The notes beneath the pieces were generated by a model, which saw only the letters and a list, made by a program, of their open reading frames with translations, did not search any database and was not told the DNA's origin. Source: Neoechinorhynchus agilis (taxonomy: Eukaryota > Animalia > Acanthocephala). From it: a stretch of DNA of 64,000 nucleotides. Shown piece by piece: positions 23,538 to 35,135 of this stretch. How positions within the stretch are numbered: the first letter of the stretch is position 1; each line of letters opens with the position of its first letter. Location of the stretch: positions 4,876,784 through 4,940,783 of the forward strand of contig CM121341.1 in NCBI GenBank assembly GCA_051530055.1, written 5' to 3'. The position numbers were made by a program, and so were the translations under genes.

Positions 23538-25568
23538 CTGTCGACGGTAGTTCGACAGTAGAAGCGAATAGCAACTTGAATACCGTTTCTCTGAAGCTCC
23601 CCCAGTTTTGGTCACAACAACCACGAATCTGGTTCGTCCAAGCTGAGGCTCAATATTTCAACAGATCAAACAAAATATCACTACGTTATTGCTTCACTTG
23701 ATCAAGAAACTGCTATAAGGATTATCGACATTCTGGAATCGTCGCCAAAGTCAGGAAAGTACGTCCGGCTCAAAGAGCGCTTGCTGGAAACGTATAGTTT
23801 GTCACAGAAAGGGCAAATCGAATCCTTCACACAAGGTCGCATGGAGACGAAAAGCCTTCAGCGTTAATGGATGAGATGCTGGAGTACCTCGAAAGCAACC
23901 TGTCATGTTTCTTATTCCGCGAAATATTTCTTGAGCGCATGCCTGGGGAGATCCGATCTATTCTAGTTCATTCGAAAATAACCGAACCTCGTGAGCTTGC
24001 ACGCGCTGCCGACAACATTTTGCAATCACGGCAACCTTTAGGGTCCTCAATAAAAAAAAAAATTGCGACCAAGCAAATCCCAGTAACAGTATCAGATTTA
24101 TGCTATTACCACCGTAAATTTGGAGATAGAGCAAGGAAATGTAGATCACTTTGTAAGCGATCAGCGGATTTCAAATTGAAAGCCAACCCAAAAAACGAAT
24201 TGACCGATCAATAGTAGAGGCAATGATGATCGGTCCCTCTGTCAACCTAAACGAACGCCAAAGTGGACGACGGTTCCTAGTCGATACTGGTGCCGAAATC
24301 AGCGTCCTTCCAGCCACAACACTCGATAAACAGACCAAACACCCTGGCAGAGCACTTACAGCTGCGAACGGTTCAACAATCCCAAGATTCGGCAACAAGC
24401 TACTGCAGTTGAATTTCGGTAAAACTCAGACGGAATGGATGTTCACTATTGCCGCGGTTAAACACCCTATCCTAGGCGCTGATTTCCTTCGACACTCAGG
24501 TTTACTGGTCGACTTAAGGAATAAGCAGTTGGTTAGTTCAGAAACTTTCGCAATGATACCATTAGCCTCCACTCGTGTATCGATCGAAGCCCTCAGTGTC
24601 GATTTCCTCGGATCGAAGAACGACGAATTTAGTAAAATTCTCGCAGATTTCCCCGATATAACGAGACCTACCTTTTCGGACGTTTCGACCAAACATGCAG
24701 TGGAGCACATTATTGAGACACAAGGACAACCACTCCATGCTAGACCGCGAGGCCTCCCATTCGATAAATTCGCTATTACTAAATCCGAATTCAAAAATAT
24801 GGAGGATCTTGGAATCATTAGACGCTCAAATAGCCAGTGGTCGTCTCCGTTGCATCTCGTACCCAAATCAGGCCGTGGATGGCGTCCTTGTGGCGATTAC
24901 CGCAGGCTAAAGATATCCGATTCCTCGAGTACAAGATTTTTCAGCTAAACTCGCTGGAACAACGATTTTCTCGAAAACAGACCTTGTCCGAGGGTACCAT
25001 CAAATTCGGGTGGCGGAACTGGACATACCAAAAACTGCGATTTTTACGCCTTTTAGCCTTTCTGAATTTCTTCGTATGCCTTTCGGGTTGAAAAATGCTG
25101 CATAAACATTCCAGCGGTTAATGGTAACAGTTTTTCAGGTATGGATTTTACTTTCGTCTACTTAGATGATATACTGATCGCGAGTTCAAATCGATCCGAG
25201 CACAGGAAACACCTACGAACATTGTTCGATCGACTCTCAGAGTACGGCCTCGTTTTGAACCCAGATAAGTGTGAGTTCGGGGTAGAACAGATCGATTTCC
25301 TAGAACACCGGGTGAGTGGACGAGGTGCAGTACAATTGCCAGATAAAGTTAGCGCGATTCGCAGTTTCCCTCCTCCAACATCCACCAAAGCTTTGCAAGG
25401 ATTTGTTGGTATGGTAAATTATTATCATCATTTCATCCCTTCGGCAGTTTCTTCGGATGCGTCCGGTCTACCAAGCGCTTTCTGGTAAAACAAATCTACG
25501 AAGTTTTTCTTGGACAGTTGAAATGGCTTCAGCATTCGAAAAAACTAAAGCCGCTCTAGCAAACGCAA

Positions 25569-25972
25569 TATTCACTACTAAAAGAACTATGAAGCGAAAA
25601 ATTGGTTATTGTAAAGAGGTAGTTTCGACATGATGATGGTCTCCGTTGGCGCCGGCGTTGTTATCACAGCTGTAAATCTAAGACGATTCGGTTGAAAGGT
25701 TTCTCTATGATAGTTCGCTAGTGCAGAATCCTTCTTAGAGAACTTTAGTTTCGTTAACCACCAAGTAAATATTCTCTCTTCCGATTCGAATCGATTATGA
25801 ACCGATGAGCCCAATGATTTGCGTTTCATTAAGAAATTTTCGTTTTCTGGATTATCCGAAACACAATTCATTTGATTATGTCTGTCAGTGTAACTTACGT
25901 TCGTATTGAACTTTTTTAGCTGAAAAAACAATATTCCCCGATCCTTCCATTGCTTTGTGCAAATAAAGACTT
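25569..25972. other. 404-bp foreign insertion between RT and RNase H, flanked by a 12-bp direct repeat
   Basis: TAGCAAACGCAA at 25557-25568 and 25973-25984. Removing the insert and one repeat restores AFEKTKAALANATML. Confidence 0.9.
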
Positions 25973-27644
25973 TAGCAAACGCAACGATGCTTTGACATTC
26001 AGTGACCCACGCACCAATCTCTATCAGTACAGATGTATTCGAGTTTACTATTGGCGTTGTTCTACAGCAGAAAGTGTCCGATTCATGGCAGTTGCTGGCA
26101 TTCTTCAACAAACAACTGCGTAAACCTGAACAACGGTACAGCACCTTCGATCGCGAGCTTCGGGCCATGTATCTCGCTGTCCGACATTTTCGATATTACG
26201 TCGAGGGCCGATCGTTTACGATTTACACTGATCATCGATCTTTAGTTTATGCGATGTCAAAAGTTTCGGATCCTTGGTCCGCCCGTCAACAACGACATTT
26301 GAATTATATATCTGAGTTCACGACCAATATCGAACTCATTAGTGGACAAGAGAACCAAGTTGCCGATGCATTGTCCCGCGTTGATTATTTAGCCAGTATT
26401 TCCGAAGGAATATCGTTTGAAGCGATGACAGAAGATCAAAAGTCTGATCAACACATCCATACATATCGTTCAGCGAATACCTCGCTACAGTTGAAATAAA
26501 TTCCTTTCAATAGCACAGGACAAACTATTTTGTGTGGCATTTCGACTGGCCGTTATAGACCGTTGGTACCATCATCTTGGACGAAACGAGTTTTCGAGGC
26601 TGTACACCAGCTACCCCACCCTGGAATTAAAGCAACCCGAAAATTGGTTAAAACAAAATACGTTTGGCCTGGTTTAACAAAGGATGTTGGTGCCAGGGTT
26701 CAGTCATGCATCGGATGTCAAAAGGCTAAGGTTCAAAGACGCATACGAGCACGGCTTTCTCTTTTCGAACCTCCGCAACGTCGATTTGATCACATCCGTA
26801 AAGATTTAGTAGGTCCGCTACTGGGATCACAAGGTTTCACTCATTTATTAACCGTGGTAGACCGATATACTCGATGGCCCGAGGCAATTTCTTTAAATAA
26901 TACCAACGCCGTAACGTGTGCAAAAGCACTTATCAGCCAATGGATGGCTCGTTTTGGTATTCGTAACGACATCTCCTCCGATCGAGGACCACAGTTCATA
27001 TCAGAGCTGTGGAGAGCAATCGCCGAACATTTATGAATGAAGCTCCACCGCATAACCGCGTATCATCCTCAATCCAATGATATGGTAGAAAGATTCCACA
27101 GGCATCTGAAATCGGCTTTGAAAGCTCGTCTCTGCGGGAACAATTGGATCGACGAACTGCCTTGGATTTTGTTAGGAATTCGCACGGCGCCCAAAGCCGA
27201 CCTTGATTCCTCGGCAGCAGAGCATGAATATGGAAGTGCCATCAACATACCTGCCGATTTTCTTAATTCCTCACTTAGCCGAGTCGATTCTCACACTGAT
27301 CTACAACGGCGACGTAATAAAGTTAAATCTCTTGCTCCCACGCTCGTTGTGAACCGTGTTAAATTGACGACGTTTGTACCAAATACTCTCAGAAGAGCAC
27401 CGCTCGTTTTTGTCAGACGCGGTCAGCATGGGAATCCTACACAGGTGCCGAATACCGGACCTTACAAAGTACTTGATCGCAACGAAAAGTTTTTCATGAT
27501 CGATCTCGGTGGAAAACCAGAGAACGTATCGATAGACCTCCTCAAACAAGCGTATATCGATCCAGCATCACCCGTCATTCTCGCTCAACTTACTAAACGA
27601 GGCAGACCTCGCAAAAAAACGGAAGAACATTCTTGAGGGGGCTA

Positions 27645-27767
27645 TGTAGTGACCATTAACGACGCCACAAGGTTCATGTTAACGTTTTCGGTGTTATGTT
27701 GAATAAAAACCAATTTCTGTGCGGCGAAAGTAGATTTTTCGATCTACTGATGCCAACTACAACAACA
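27645..27767 (+). repeat. 3' LTR of about 123 bp (TG...CA), preceded by a short PPT
   Basis: gaggggg precedes TGTAGT. The last ~48 bp match 23474-23521. Confidence 0.85.
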
Positions 27768-28419
27768 CATTGTTATTTGAATAAATCGCAAGTTTTTCAT
27801 TTTTATCGCTTCACATTTCCATTCAAAGCACTGAGTAATCTCCAGTTTTCCTGGAAAAAATGTGCCTTCGACTGAATAGACCAGCGGCGATCGACGATCA
27901 CCGATTCGCCCGTCTTTCATCTCCTTAGAAAAGCGATTCCTTTTAACTTACTGATAAACTTCGAGTTTCATCGCCATCTCTAATCGATATCGGGCATTTT
28001 CTTTTAATAAAAATCACATTCGTAAAGCGTTAAGAATTTGTATTAAGTACAAAAGAGAAAAATTATTAAGACGTTATTTAATGAAGTTTTAATAGAGTTC
28101 ATGTTTTTCATTGTTCGTAAATGTCTTTTTTCTATGGAATGAAATTTTTCTGTGTTTAGAGAGTAGATTTTTTATTATTTATACTGGTTTTGTACTTTCA
28201 CGATCATTGTAAGAATTTATACAAATTTAACCCACGAGGATTAACTCTCAAAATTTTTTGAAAACTTCTTTGTTCGCAAAAGAAATAAATAGTCCATGGG
28301 TTTTTTTCCATTTTTGCCTTACTTTTCGCCTTTTTTCCTTTCATGATAGAAGTGTCGACAAAACAATTTATTAAAATGCGATGCTCTTAGTATTTGGTTT
28401 AAATAAGAGTCCGTATCCT

Positions 28420-29219
28420 TCAAAAATCTTTACTCAAATGATTGTCGTCAAAATACGGACAAGGATTGTTCCGGAACAAAACGATCTCCTGCGGCATCGT
28501 CTTCTTCAATAAATGAGGCCACTTATATTTGACCAATTTATCAATTTGGTAGTAAGTTCGAAAGAGCAGGTAGTAGAACGGATAGCTTAACCGATCGATA
28601 GTTAATATTACTGGTCTCTGATTCAAATCTACTGAGTAGACTGTGTGATTTCGACATTCTCGGGAAATTATATAGTCCACTGAAAAGCAAACTTCCACGA
28701 GTATTTGAATGCACTGTTTAAGAAATAATCGTAAAGCATAGCCGCACAAATCAAAATTTTTAGACGTATCGGTCACACTTTCCACCACCACCGTAAAATC
28801 CATCTTAAACCTTCGATAAGTTCGAATTGCGACTGTCTTATTTCCGTCTGTCTAGTTGAAATTATAAATGGCACAAATATTACAAGGGCATAAAACATAT
28901 CGTTTTTTCTCTTTTACAATGCACTGGGATAGAACGCTCAGGTAATAGAAACGCATTTAGGACACGTTGACAGATTTTACTTTTATCTACTAAAATACTT
29001 TTGAGAAGCTTCACATTTCAATCCAAAGCTCTGAGCAATCTTAACCTTTCCCTTTAAAAAATTAACCTTCGATTGAATAGATAATCGGCTATCGATGATC
29101 ACCAATCCGTCCGTCTGTGATCCCTCATTGCTTCGTTTGTCAATCTTAGTTTGAGACGCCAAGCGAAACGCTCGACAATATAAGTACGTTTTGTTCCAGC
29201 ATTCATCTTGGTTAAGCAA
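28420..29219 (-). CDS. Hypothetical protein (two ORFs, possibly one gene)
   Basis: 127-aa and 78-aa same-strand ORFs in AT-rich DNA. No motif recognised. Confidence 0.35.
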
Positions 29220-29489
29220 ATTGAAAGTAATTTTGTTTCAGTCCACTGATGGTATAAACAGAAATATTCTAAAAGGTTTTACCTTCTGTATTCATAAGCA
29301 TTAAAGCTCATAAAAATGGATCGTAAAATACTAATTGTTTCGAATTGATTCGAAAGTTGATTTTGTTTTCAAAATGAAATAAAGAATCAAATGCACGATA
29401 CTAAAAAACCGCAAATTGGTGCAAAGCACCACAAAGAATTATCTTTTTAGTATAATAACGTTCTTTTATAAAATTGACGGAAATCTTAA

Positions 29490-31970
29490 AGAATTGAAGC
29501 CAAATTGCCACCTCCACCACCGACTGCACCGATGCCGCCTCGCGATCCCTGACTGAACGTGTTTCTTCGAAGCTTGCGGACGGAGATGTTCGGGGGCTGT
29601 TCGGTTATTGTCATCCTCCGACAGTTTTGCAGAAGGAGACAACGCGACACTGTAAATACTCCAGCAGCGATCGAGAACAGTTTGACCAGAAGATTGCGGG
29701 TCAATGAAATCTACGAATGGATTCAGGAGAATATCCCATATTTCCAACGAAGAACAGATACCAAGTCATGGAAAGGATCAATCAGGAATACACTATCTTA
29801 TTGTCGAAGATTCAGGAAAATTCCTGTTCGAGAAAGACCCAGGAAATCTTTTTGGACGATCAATGATAGCAGGACGAGTGGTCGACTGTGGCGACCAAAA
29901 GGACGACGGCAAATTGTCGAGGAATTAAGGATTCAGCGTCCTCATCTGAATGGAAATGTATCTCAAGTAGTTCAACCGAACAATTCAAGAATCTACGAAC
30001 AGGAGAACATAGCGGTTTCCGATCAAGTGATGGCAAACGGCCACCGAGAATCAGAGTGAGTTTCCGTTGATCACAGAGAAAACCGGGCAGGAACTTCGCC
30101 CAGTCCAACTGGGCTGCTGCACATCCTGCGGGGCAGAAGCTATTGTCCACTCGCTCCGAAACTTTGCTACGAGAAGCTCAGAGCCGTGCGTGATTTTTAA
30201 GTGCGATTTTCGGAACGCCTTTAACTCTCTCAATAGAGAAATCATGTTTTGCGCTATTAGGGATCACGCACCATAAGCCTTCCAGTATTTTCTCAATGCC
30301 TACAAACCGGGACTCCTTTGCTTTTCGAAAACCACCTGATGAATACCAACAAGTATCAAAATAATATCGCGTGATCAAATACTCCTCGCTCGATGGGCAT
30401 CAATATATTTTCATCCCGATCGCGGTGCTCGCTCGATGGGCATCAAGATCCATCATCCACGTCCGAAAGAGGAGTGCAGCAAGGATATCCGCTCGGTCCA
30501 ATCACATTCTCCCTAACAGTAAATCCAATAGCGCATTCTCTCCATTTCAGCTTCAACGCTTGGTACTTGGTTGACGCTACGATCGAAGGTGAACCCTCCT
30601 TTGAACTGCGCGATTTGGAGACGCTGATTAGCGAGACCTCGAGAATGGGCATTGAGCTCAATGCTGGAAAGCTTGAGCTGCTAGTATTAAATATCGAAGA
30701 CGCCGCCAAAGTCAAGGAGCTAATGGATGGGTTCGAGGCCGTAGCTCCAGGCCTGAAACTCGTGACTCCAGAGCAACTCAGCCTCCTTGGTAGTTGCGTC
30801 TTTGATTCAAATGTAAAAGCTGAGATCGGTCATATCATACCGAAACTTTCGTTGCTGTGCGATAGGATGAGCGCTCGCTCGGCTCACGAAGCGTTATTTC
30901 TGCTAACGAACGCATTCTTTATCCCGAAATTGTTATATAAGGTCCGCACAGCAACATTCTTCAAACATAAGGAAGGATTGGCTAAGCACGACAACAAGGT
31001 GAGGGCTTGCCTCGAGCTAATTTTAAATGTCCAGCTCTCAGATGAGACATGGCGACAAGCTTCATTGCCTGTGTCATCTGGGGGATTGGACATTCGGGTG
31101 CTAGTAGAACTTGCCAGCCTTTCTTGGATCGTATGAGGGGAATCAGCCGATAGCGAAAATAATTCTGAGGGGAAAGTTTTGTCTTGACCAAGACTTTGTG
31201 GTGGCAGTTGAAGAATGGTGCCAGAAGACAGGCGCTAACCATACTCCCGTGAATGGCCTCAGACACTCGATCTGGGACAGACCTCTCGTCGCGAGAGCTC
31301 ACAGCTCTCTACTTTCCGGTTCTCGCGATGGGGTAGTTTCGACACGAGAATCGGGAGGCGAGGTTGGAGACTGTTCCTGTGGCATCCGTGGGAACTCTTC
31401 TCATTGATGAGGTAACGAGGATCGCAGTGTCCTTAAGGCTTGGTCTTTGGTTGATGCTTTCGGGCGGCACGGTCTCGTTTGCCGAAAGTCAGGAGGAAGG
31501 TTCTCACGCCATTCTGAAATCAACAGCGTAATTTCTCGGGCGTTGAGAACGGCGAACTTCCCCAACATCTTGGAACCCGCAAATCTTTGTCGACCTGGCG
31601 GAATTTTTGTCTTTCCGTGACTGGAGGGCAAATGCCTCCTCTGGGACGCCAGGTCCCTTGCCGTAAGCAACATTCCCTACTCTCTCGAAATCGCTGGAGG
31701 TGCAGCGGAAGGGAGGAAGGTACGAAAATATAGTTATTTAGCAAGGACCAACTATTTTGTCGTCTTCGGAGTAAAGTATGGAGCGCTTGGCAGCTCGGCA
31801 CTCACTCTGTTCCAAGATCTCTTCAAAAAATTGATAGAAACGACCGGCGACGCACGAGCAAGTTTATTCATGCGACAAAATATCTCGCTCGCAGTACAAC
31901 GAGGCAATGCTGCCAGCGTAGCCGAGGAAGGAGAGAAGCTAGATTTTGCGGACGGTGGTGATTGTACGTT
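29490..31970 (+). mobile_element. Decayed CRE-like (REL-type) non-LTR retrotransposon, interrupted by a forkhead fragment
   Basis: Pre-RT RVSSKLADGDVRG(A)VRLLSS at about 29555-29620. RT LRPVQLG..GAEAIVH, DFRNAFNS, GVQQGYPLGP and WYLVDATI. LPVSSGGL. REL region [25 protein letters not shown] ending RQNISLAVQRGNA. Confidence 0.88.
29586..30059 (+). CDS. Chimeric ORF: retrotransposon-derived N-terminus fused to a 5'-truncated FoxO-like domain (paralogue 3)
   Basis: Fox homology spans 29663-30072 and lacks the SYADLIE start of helix 1. The in-frame ATG at 29586 lies in CRE sequence. Confidence 0.65.
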   Translation: MFGGCSVIVILRQFCRRRQRDTVNTPAAIENSLTRRLRVNEIYEWIQENIPYFQRRTDTKSWKGSIRNTLSYCRRFRKIPVRERPRKSFWTINDSRTSGRLWRPKGRRQIVEELRIQRPHLNGNVSQVVQPNNSRIYEQENIAVSDQVMANGHRESE

Positions 31971-32299
31971 TTGTACTTTTAATTGCGTAGAATAAAAGTT
32001 TGATAACTAAAAAATATATGGAATATTCATAGAGAATTTTGTGATCAACAAACATTTATTAAAAATGATGACTATAAATATTATACTTTTGTTTGATTAT
32101 AAAATTAATTCATAAGAGTAATTTTCAAATTAGTACACAATTATAACCTGTTTACAATTTCGGTTAATTTCTTCAACAAATGTTAAAAATATTACTACAC
32201 AATCTTTGAATATTTACATCGGTTTGCTAGTTTCTCGAACTCACTTAAAGCTGTCGCAGTCAACGATAAAATGAGTAGTAGAACAATCGAACAGAAAAA

Positions 32300-33784
32300 A
32301 TGATAAGTAAAATAACGTACAATGAAGCAGCGTTTGGAACTGCTTCAATGGGTGAACTGCTAGCTACTTTGAGGATTAATGTGATTAATGATTACGAATT
32401 CAAAGATGCAAGGATTGTTGCGAAACTCCTTAAAGAGATGATTAAACGCGACATTTCTGAGTGTGATGTGAGTGTGTTCAAGATGCTGCAGTACTTAAAA
32501 GTCTTGGTTGGTAATACGGAAAATAACACAATCCGACGATTACTTCGAGAACTGGTGGAGAAACTCCAAGATGAAAAGGATGGGGTAAAGAGTACTACTA
32601 AGTGGATAATCGGTGCAGACAAGCCAGGGGGCGTGTCGATCAAAACAAGGGCACAGGTGGACGCTGAACGAAAATTGAAAGCGGCTCTAGAAGTTCCGCT
32701 TCCTGATGAGGGCGGAGCTTCAAAATCTAAGAAACGAGCTACAGCTCCTGCGCCAAAACAATATAAAATCGATGAATCAATCAGACAAGCACTCAGGTGT
32801 CCGATTCCTTCCAATAAGGAATCTACAGTGTTCTGTTGTACCAGATCCACAAATGAATTTCCAGTCAACTTTCAACGTAATGCTGTCGAGCAAAAACCAA
32901 TTCCTGTTAATCACAATATGCGAACCATACAGCCCGCTTCGATGGTACCGAACTCTGGATTCGTTCGACCAAATGAGCCGATCAATTCAATGAAGCGATC
33001 GAACTACGAAAATGCTGCACGATGTGGGACTTTGATGGCGAAACGTCCACATATTGAAGCTGGTACCGCATCAAGAATACCGAACATCGAGGTCATTGGT
33101 AATCCCAGAAATGGGTCCGACAGCCATTATAGAAGACAATTCGCTCCCAATATTCAATATCCAGTAGCTCAGACCACTCCTGCATTCACATCGGTAATGG
33201 CTGATAGCCAATTCGTTGAACCGGTACGAATACCAAATCCATCAGGACCGATTTTGACGCGATATCCACCAAGTACGCATGAGCCTGATCGCCAATTACG
33301 ATCTCCTCCACCCGATCGCCATTATCCCAATTCAAAGATCATCGAATCCTCTACGACCTCGACCATTACGAAGAGACCAATAACTGCCGAACTTAGTGGA
33401 AATCTAGATACTGATCAGCACCTTGAACAATCTCTTGCCAAGAATAATCAAGATCCACCAGATCCAGTGACTTTGACTACAGAGCAACTTCAAAGCGATC
33501 CAGCTAAATTAGCCCAAACGTTGAGAAAAATTGCTAGATACCTTTTAGGACGAGAGATTTTCAACAAGAACTCGTATCGATTCCCTCCATATCGGTGGTC
33601 TCGTGGTAACGTTCCGGCCACAGTTCCCACAAACCAATCAGATTTAAGAGCTACGATATCCAATCAAACATCGCAACTAAATACTGACTCAAGTGTCCAG
33701 GAAACAACACAAGAAAAGAAGCGTCCACTACCAAGCGACGATCGTCCTTCTAAAATAGCAAAGCGCGAACCACAGAGTGATTAA
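32300..33784 (+). CDS. 494-aa intronless protein with a possible TFIIS-N/LW-like helical N-terminus and a disordered P/S/T-rich tail
   Basis: KLLKEMIKRDISECDVSVFKMLQYLKVLVGNTENNTIRRLLRELVEKLQ follows the spacing of TFIIS-N helices. The ORF itself is robust, but the domain call is tentative. Confidence 0.6.
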   Translation: MISKITYNEAAFGTASMGELLATLRINVINDYEFKDARIVAKLLKEMIKRDISECDVSVFKMLQYLKVLVGNTENNTIRRLLRELVEKLQDEKDGVKSTTKWIIGADKPGGVSIKTRAQVDAERKLKAALEVPLPDEGGASKSKKRATAPAPKQYKIDESIRQALRCPIPSNKESTVFCCTRSTNEFPVNFQRNAVEQKPIPVNHNMRTIQPASMVPNSGFVRPNEPINSMKRSNYENAARCGTLMAKRPHIEAGTASRIPNIEVIGNPRNGSDSHYRRQFAPNIQYPVAQTTPAFTSVMADSQFVEPVRIPNPSGPILTRYPPSTHEPDRQLRSPPPDRHYPNSKIIESSTTSTITKRPITAELSGNLDTDQHLEQSLAKNNQDPPDPVTLTTEQLQSDPAKLAQTLRKIARYLLGREIFNKNSYRFPPYRWSRGNVPATVPTNQSDLRATISNQTSQLNTDSSVQETTQEKKRPLPSDDRPSKIAKREPQSD

Positions 33785-34537
33785 TAGCCTTTCCGAGATG
33801 ATTGACAACTGAATCAAAATTGAATAAGTTTTCCGTCCAAGCTGATTCATTACGTGGGAATAATCCGTTGATAAGCACCATTACACTTGACGAAAAACTT
33901 AAAACTAGGTGCGACATTTGCCCATTCAGCAATATATGAAAAATAAAAAGTTTTTGTGTTAATGCAAATTTTTGTGAAAGTACTTTTGCGATCTTAGTAT
34001 ATCAAAAAGTTCAGCGAATAATTTTTTCCAAACAAAAAGAATATTGTAAGCCAATAGCTGTTTCGAATTTAAATTTTAAGATCATCTCAAGGTCCAACTG
34101 GTATATTGTTGATTTAGAAATAAAAATGTATACTATTACCACCGTTCATTCCATTTCAACTGCGTAGCTGTAATTATATTGTATTTTTATAAACATTTTA
34201 CGTTAAACAACTGAGAATATGAATTTACGTTAACAAATTGAGTATATAAGAACGTTTGAATTCGTGAAAAGAAGTTTGAGTAATTGGCAAAGACAAAATC
34301 GGATCAATAATTCGACCTTCCAAAAATTAAATCTTTTTTTGATTTTCGGACAGCCGACGCCAGGACAAAAATATTAATTTCTAACAAAATTAAGTCCTAT
34401 AGATTCTTACTTGAGTAAAAAAGGTACAAAGATTTCAATATAAATATCACGATTCAACAATCCACTAGATCCAATGTGTAGTTCGTAATATTTTAAATCA
34501 GACTAAAATTTAAAATCATTGAATTTTTTGAACAAAA

Positions 34538-35023
34538 TCACAGATCATTTTCCGGGACGATATGGACTTCGTAATCCGCATAATGTAGTGGTGGTCGTAG
34601 AAATCGTTGTTCCAACGGAACATCAATCTGCTTGGCTATCGATTTGGAATATATCTCGCTTTCTAATTCATTGTCGAAATCAAATGGTTCCTTATATAGT
34701 CTCTTTTGAGGCCTCGAGTGAATACGACAATCGTACGTTTGTTTATTCCTCGTATAATCAAGTTCACTGAATGGAATATAATCCGATTGGTAATAAATCC
34801 ATGCAATCGAACGATATTTTAATATATTATCAACGGAATGGTTATTTGGAGTAGGTTTAAACATGAGACCATCTTCGTCTTCAATGAAGCAATTTAAAAA
34901 ATTTATACAAGACATTTTAAGAAAAACGATCAACGATGCTAAAGTTAACATTCGCCGTCCTAACTGTGTTCTTGAATGCATCGATGGGGTCGTCACCATG
35001 ACGATTTTGATCCGAATTGACAA
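34538..35023 (-). CDS. Hypothetical protein
   Basis: 161-aa ORF downstream of the dynein stop. No family recognised. Confidence 0.4.
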   Translation of the reverse strand: MSIRIKIVMVTTPSMHSRTQLGRRMLTLASLIVFLKMSCINFLNCFIEDEDGLMFKPTPNNHSVDNILKYRSIAWIYYQSDYIPFSELDYTRNKQTYDCRIHSRPQKRLYKEPFDFDNELESEIYSKSIAKQIDVPLEQRFLRPPLHYADYEVHIVPENDL

Positions 35024-35135
35024 TTTACTAATGAAATTTTAGAAATATCCTTTAAGCCCGATGACTCTCTGATTTTCTCAAACACTGAGATTAGGAGCAG
35101 ATCGTTCAACCGAAAACTAAAAATTAACAAATATT

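Larger units (their letters stand above)
23474..27767 (+). mobile_element. Decayed Ty3/Gypsy LTR retrotransposon, CsRn1/Kabuki-like lineage
   Basis: gag LKLPQFWSQQPRIWF with CHCC knuckle CYYHRKFGDRARKC. Protease FLVDTGAEISV. RT WSSPLHLV..CGDYRRL and VYLDDIL. RNase H YSTFDRELRAMY..TDHRSL. Integrase HPG..C..C, TVVDRYTRW, SDRGPQF and ERFHR. Multiple stops and frameshifts. The 5' LTR is only a remnant (23474-23521). CATT flanks both ends. Confidence 0.95.

Noticed and set aside
25587-26168. 193-aa minus-strand ORF as an independent gene
   Set aside because: Its first third is antisense Gypsy RNase H. Only the part inside the 404-bp insert could be meaningful, and that is reported as a finding.
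13720-31970. Active, autonomous retrotransposons
   Set aside because: The R2, Gypsy and CRE copies all have stops, frameshifts or missing domains.
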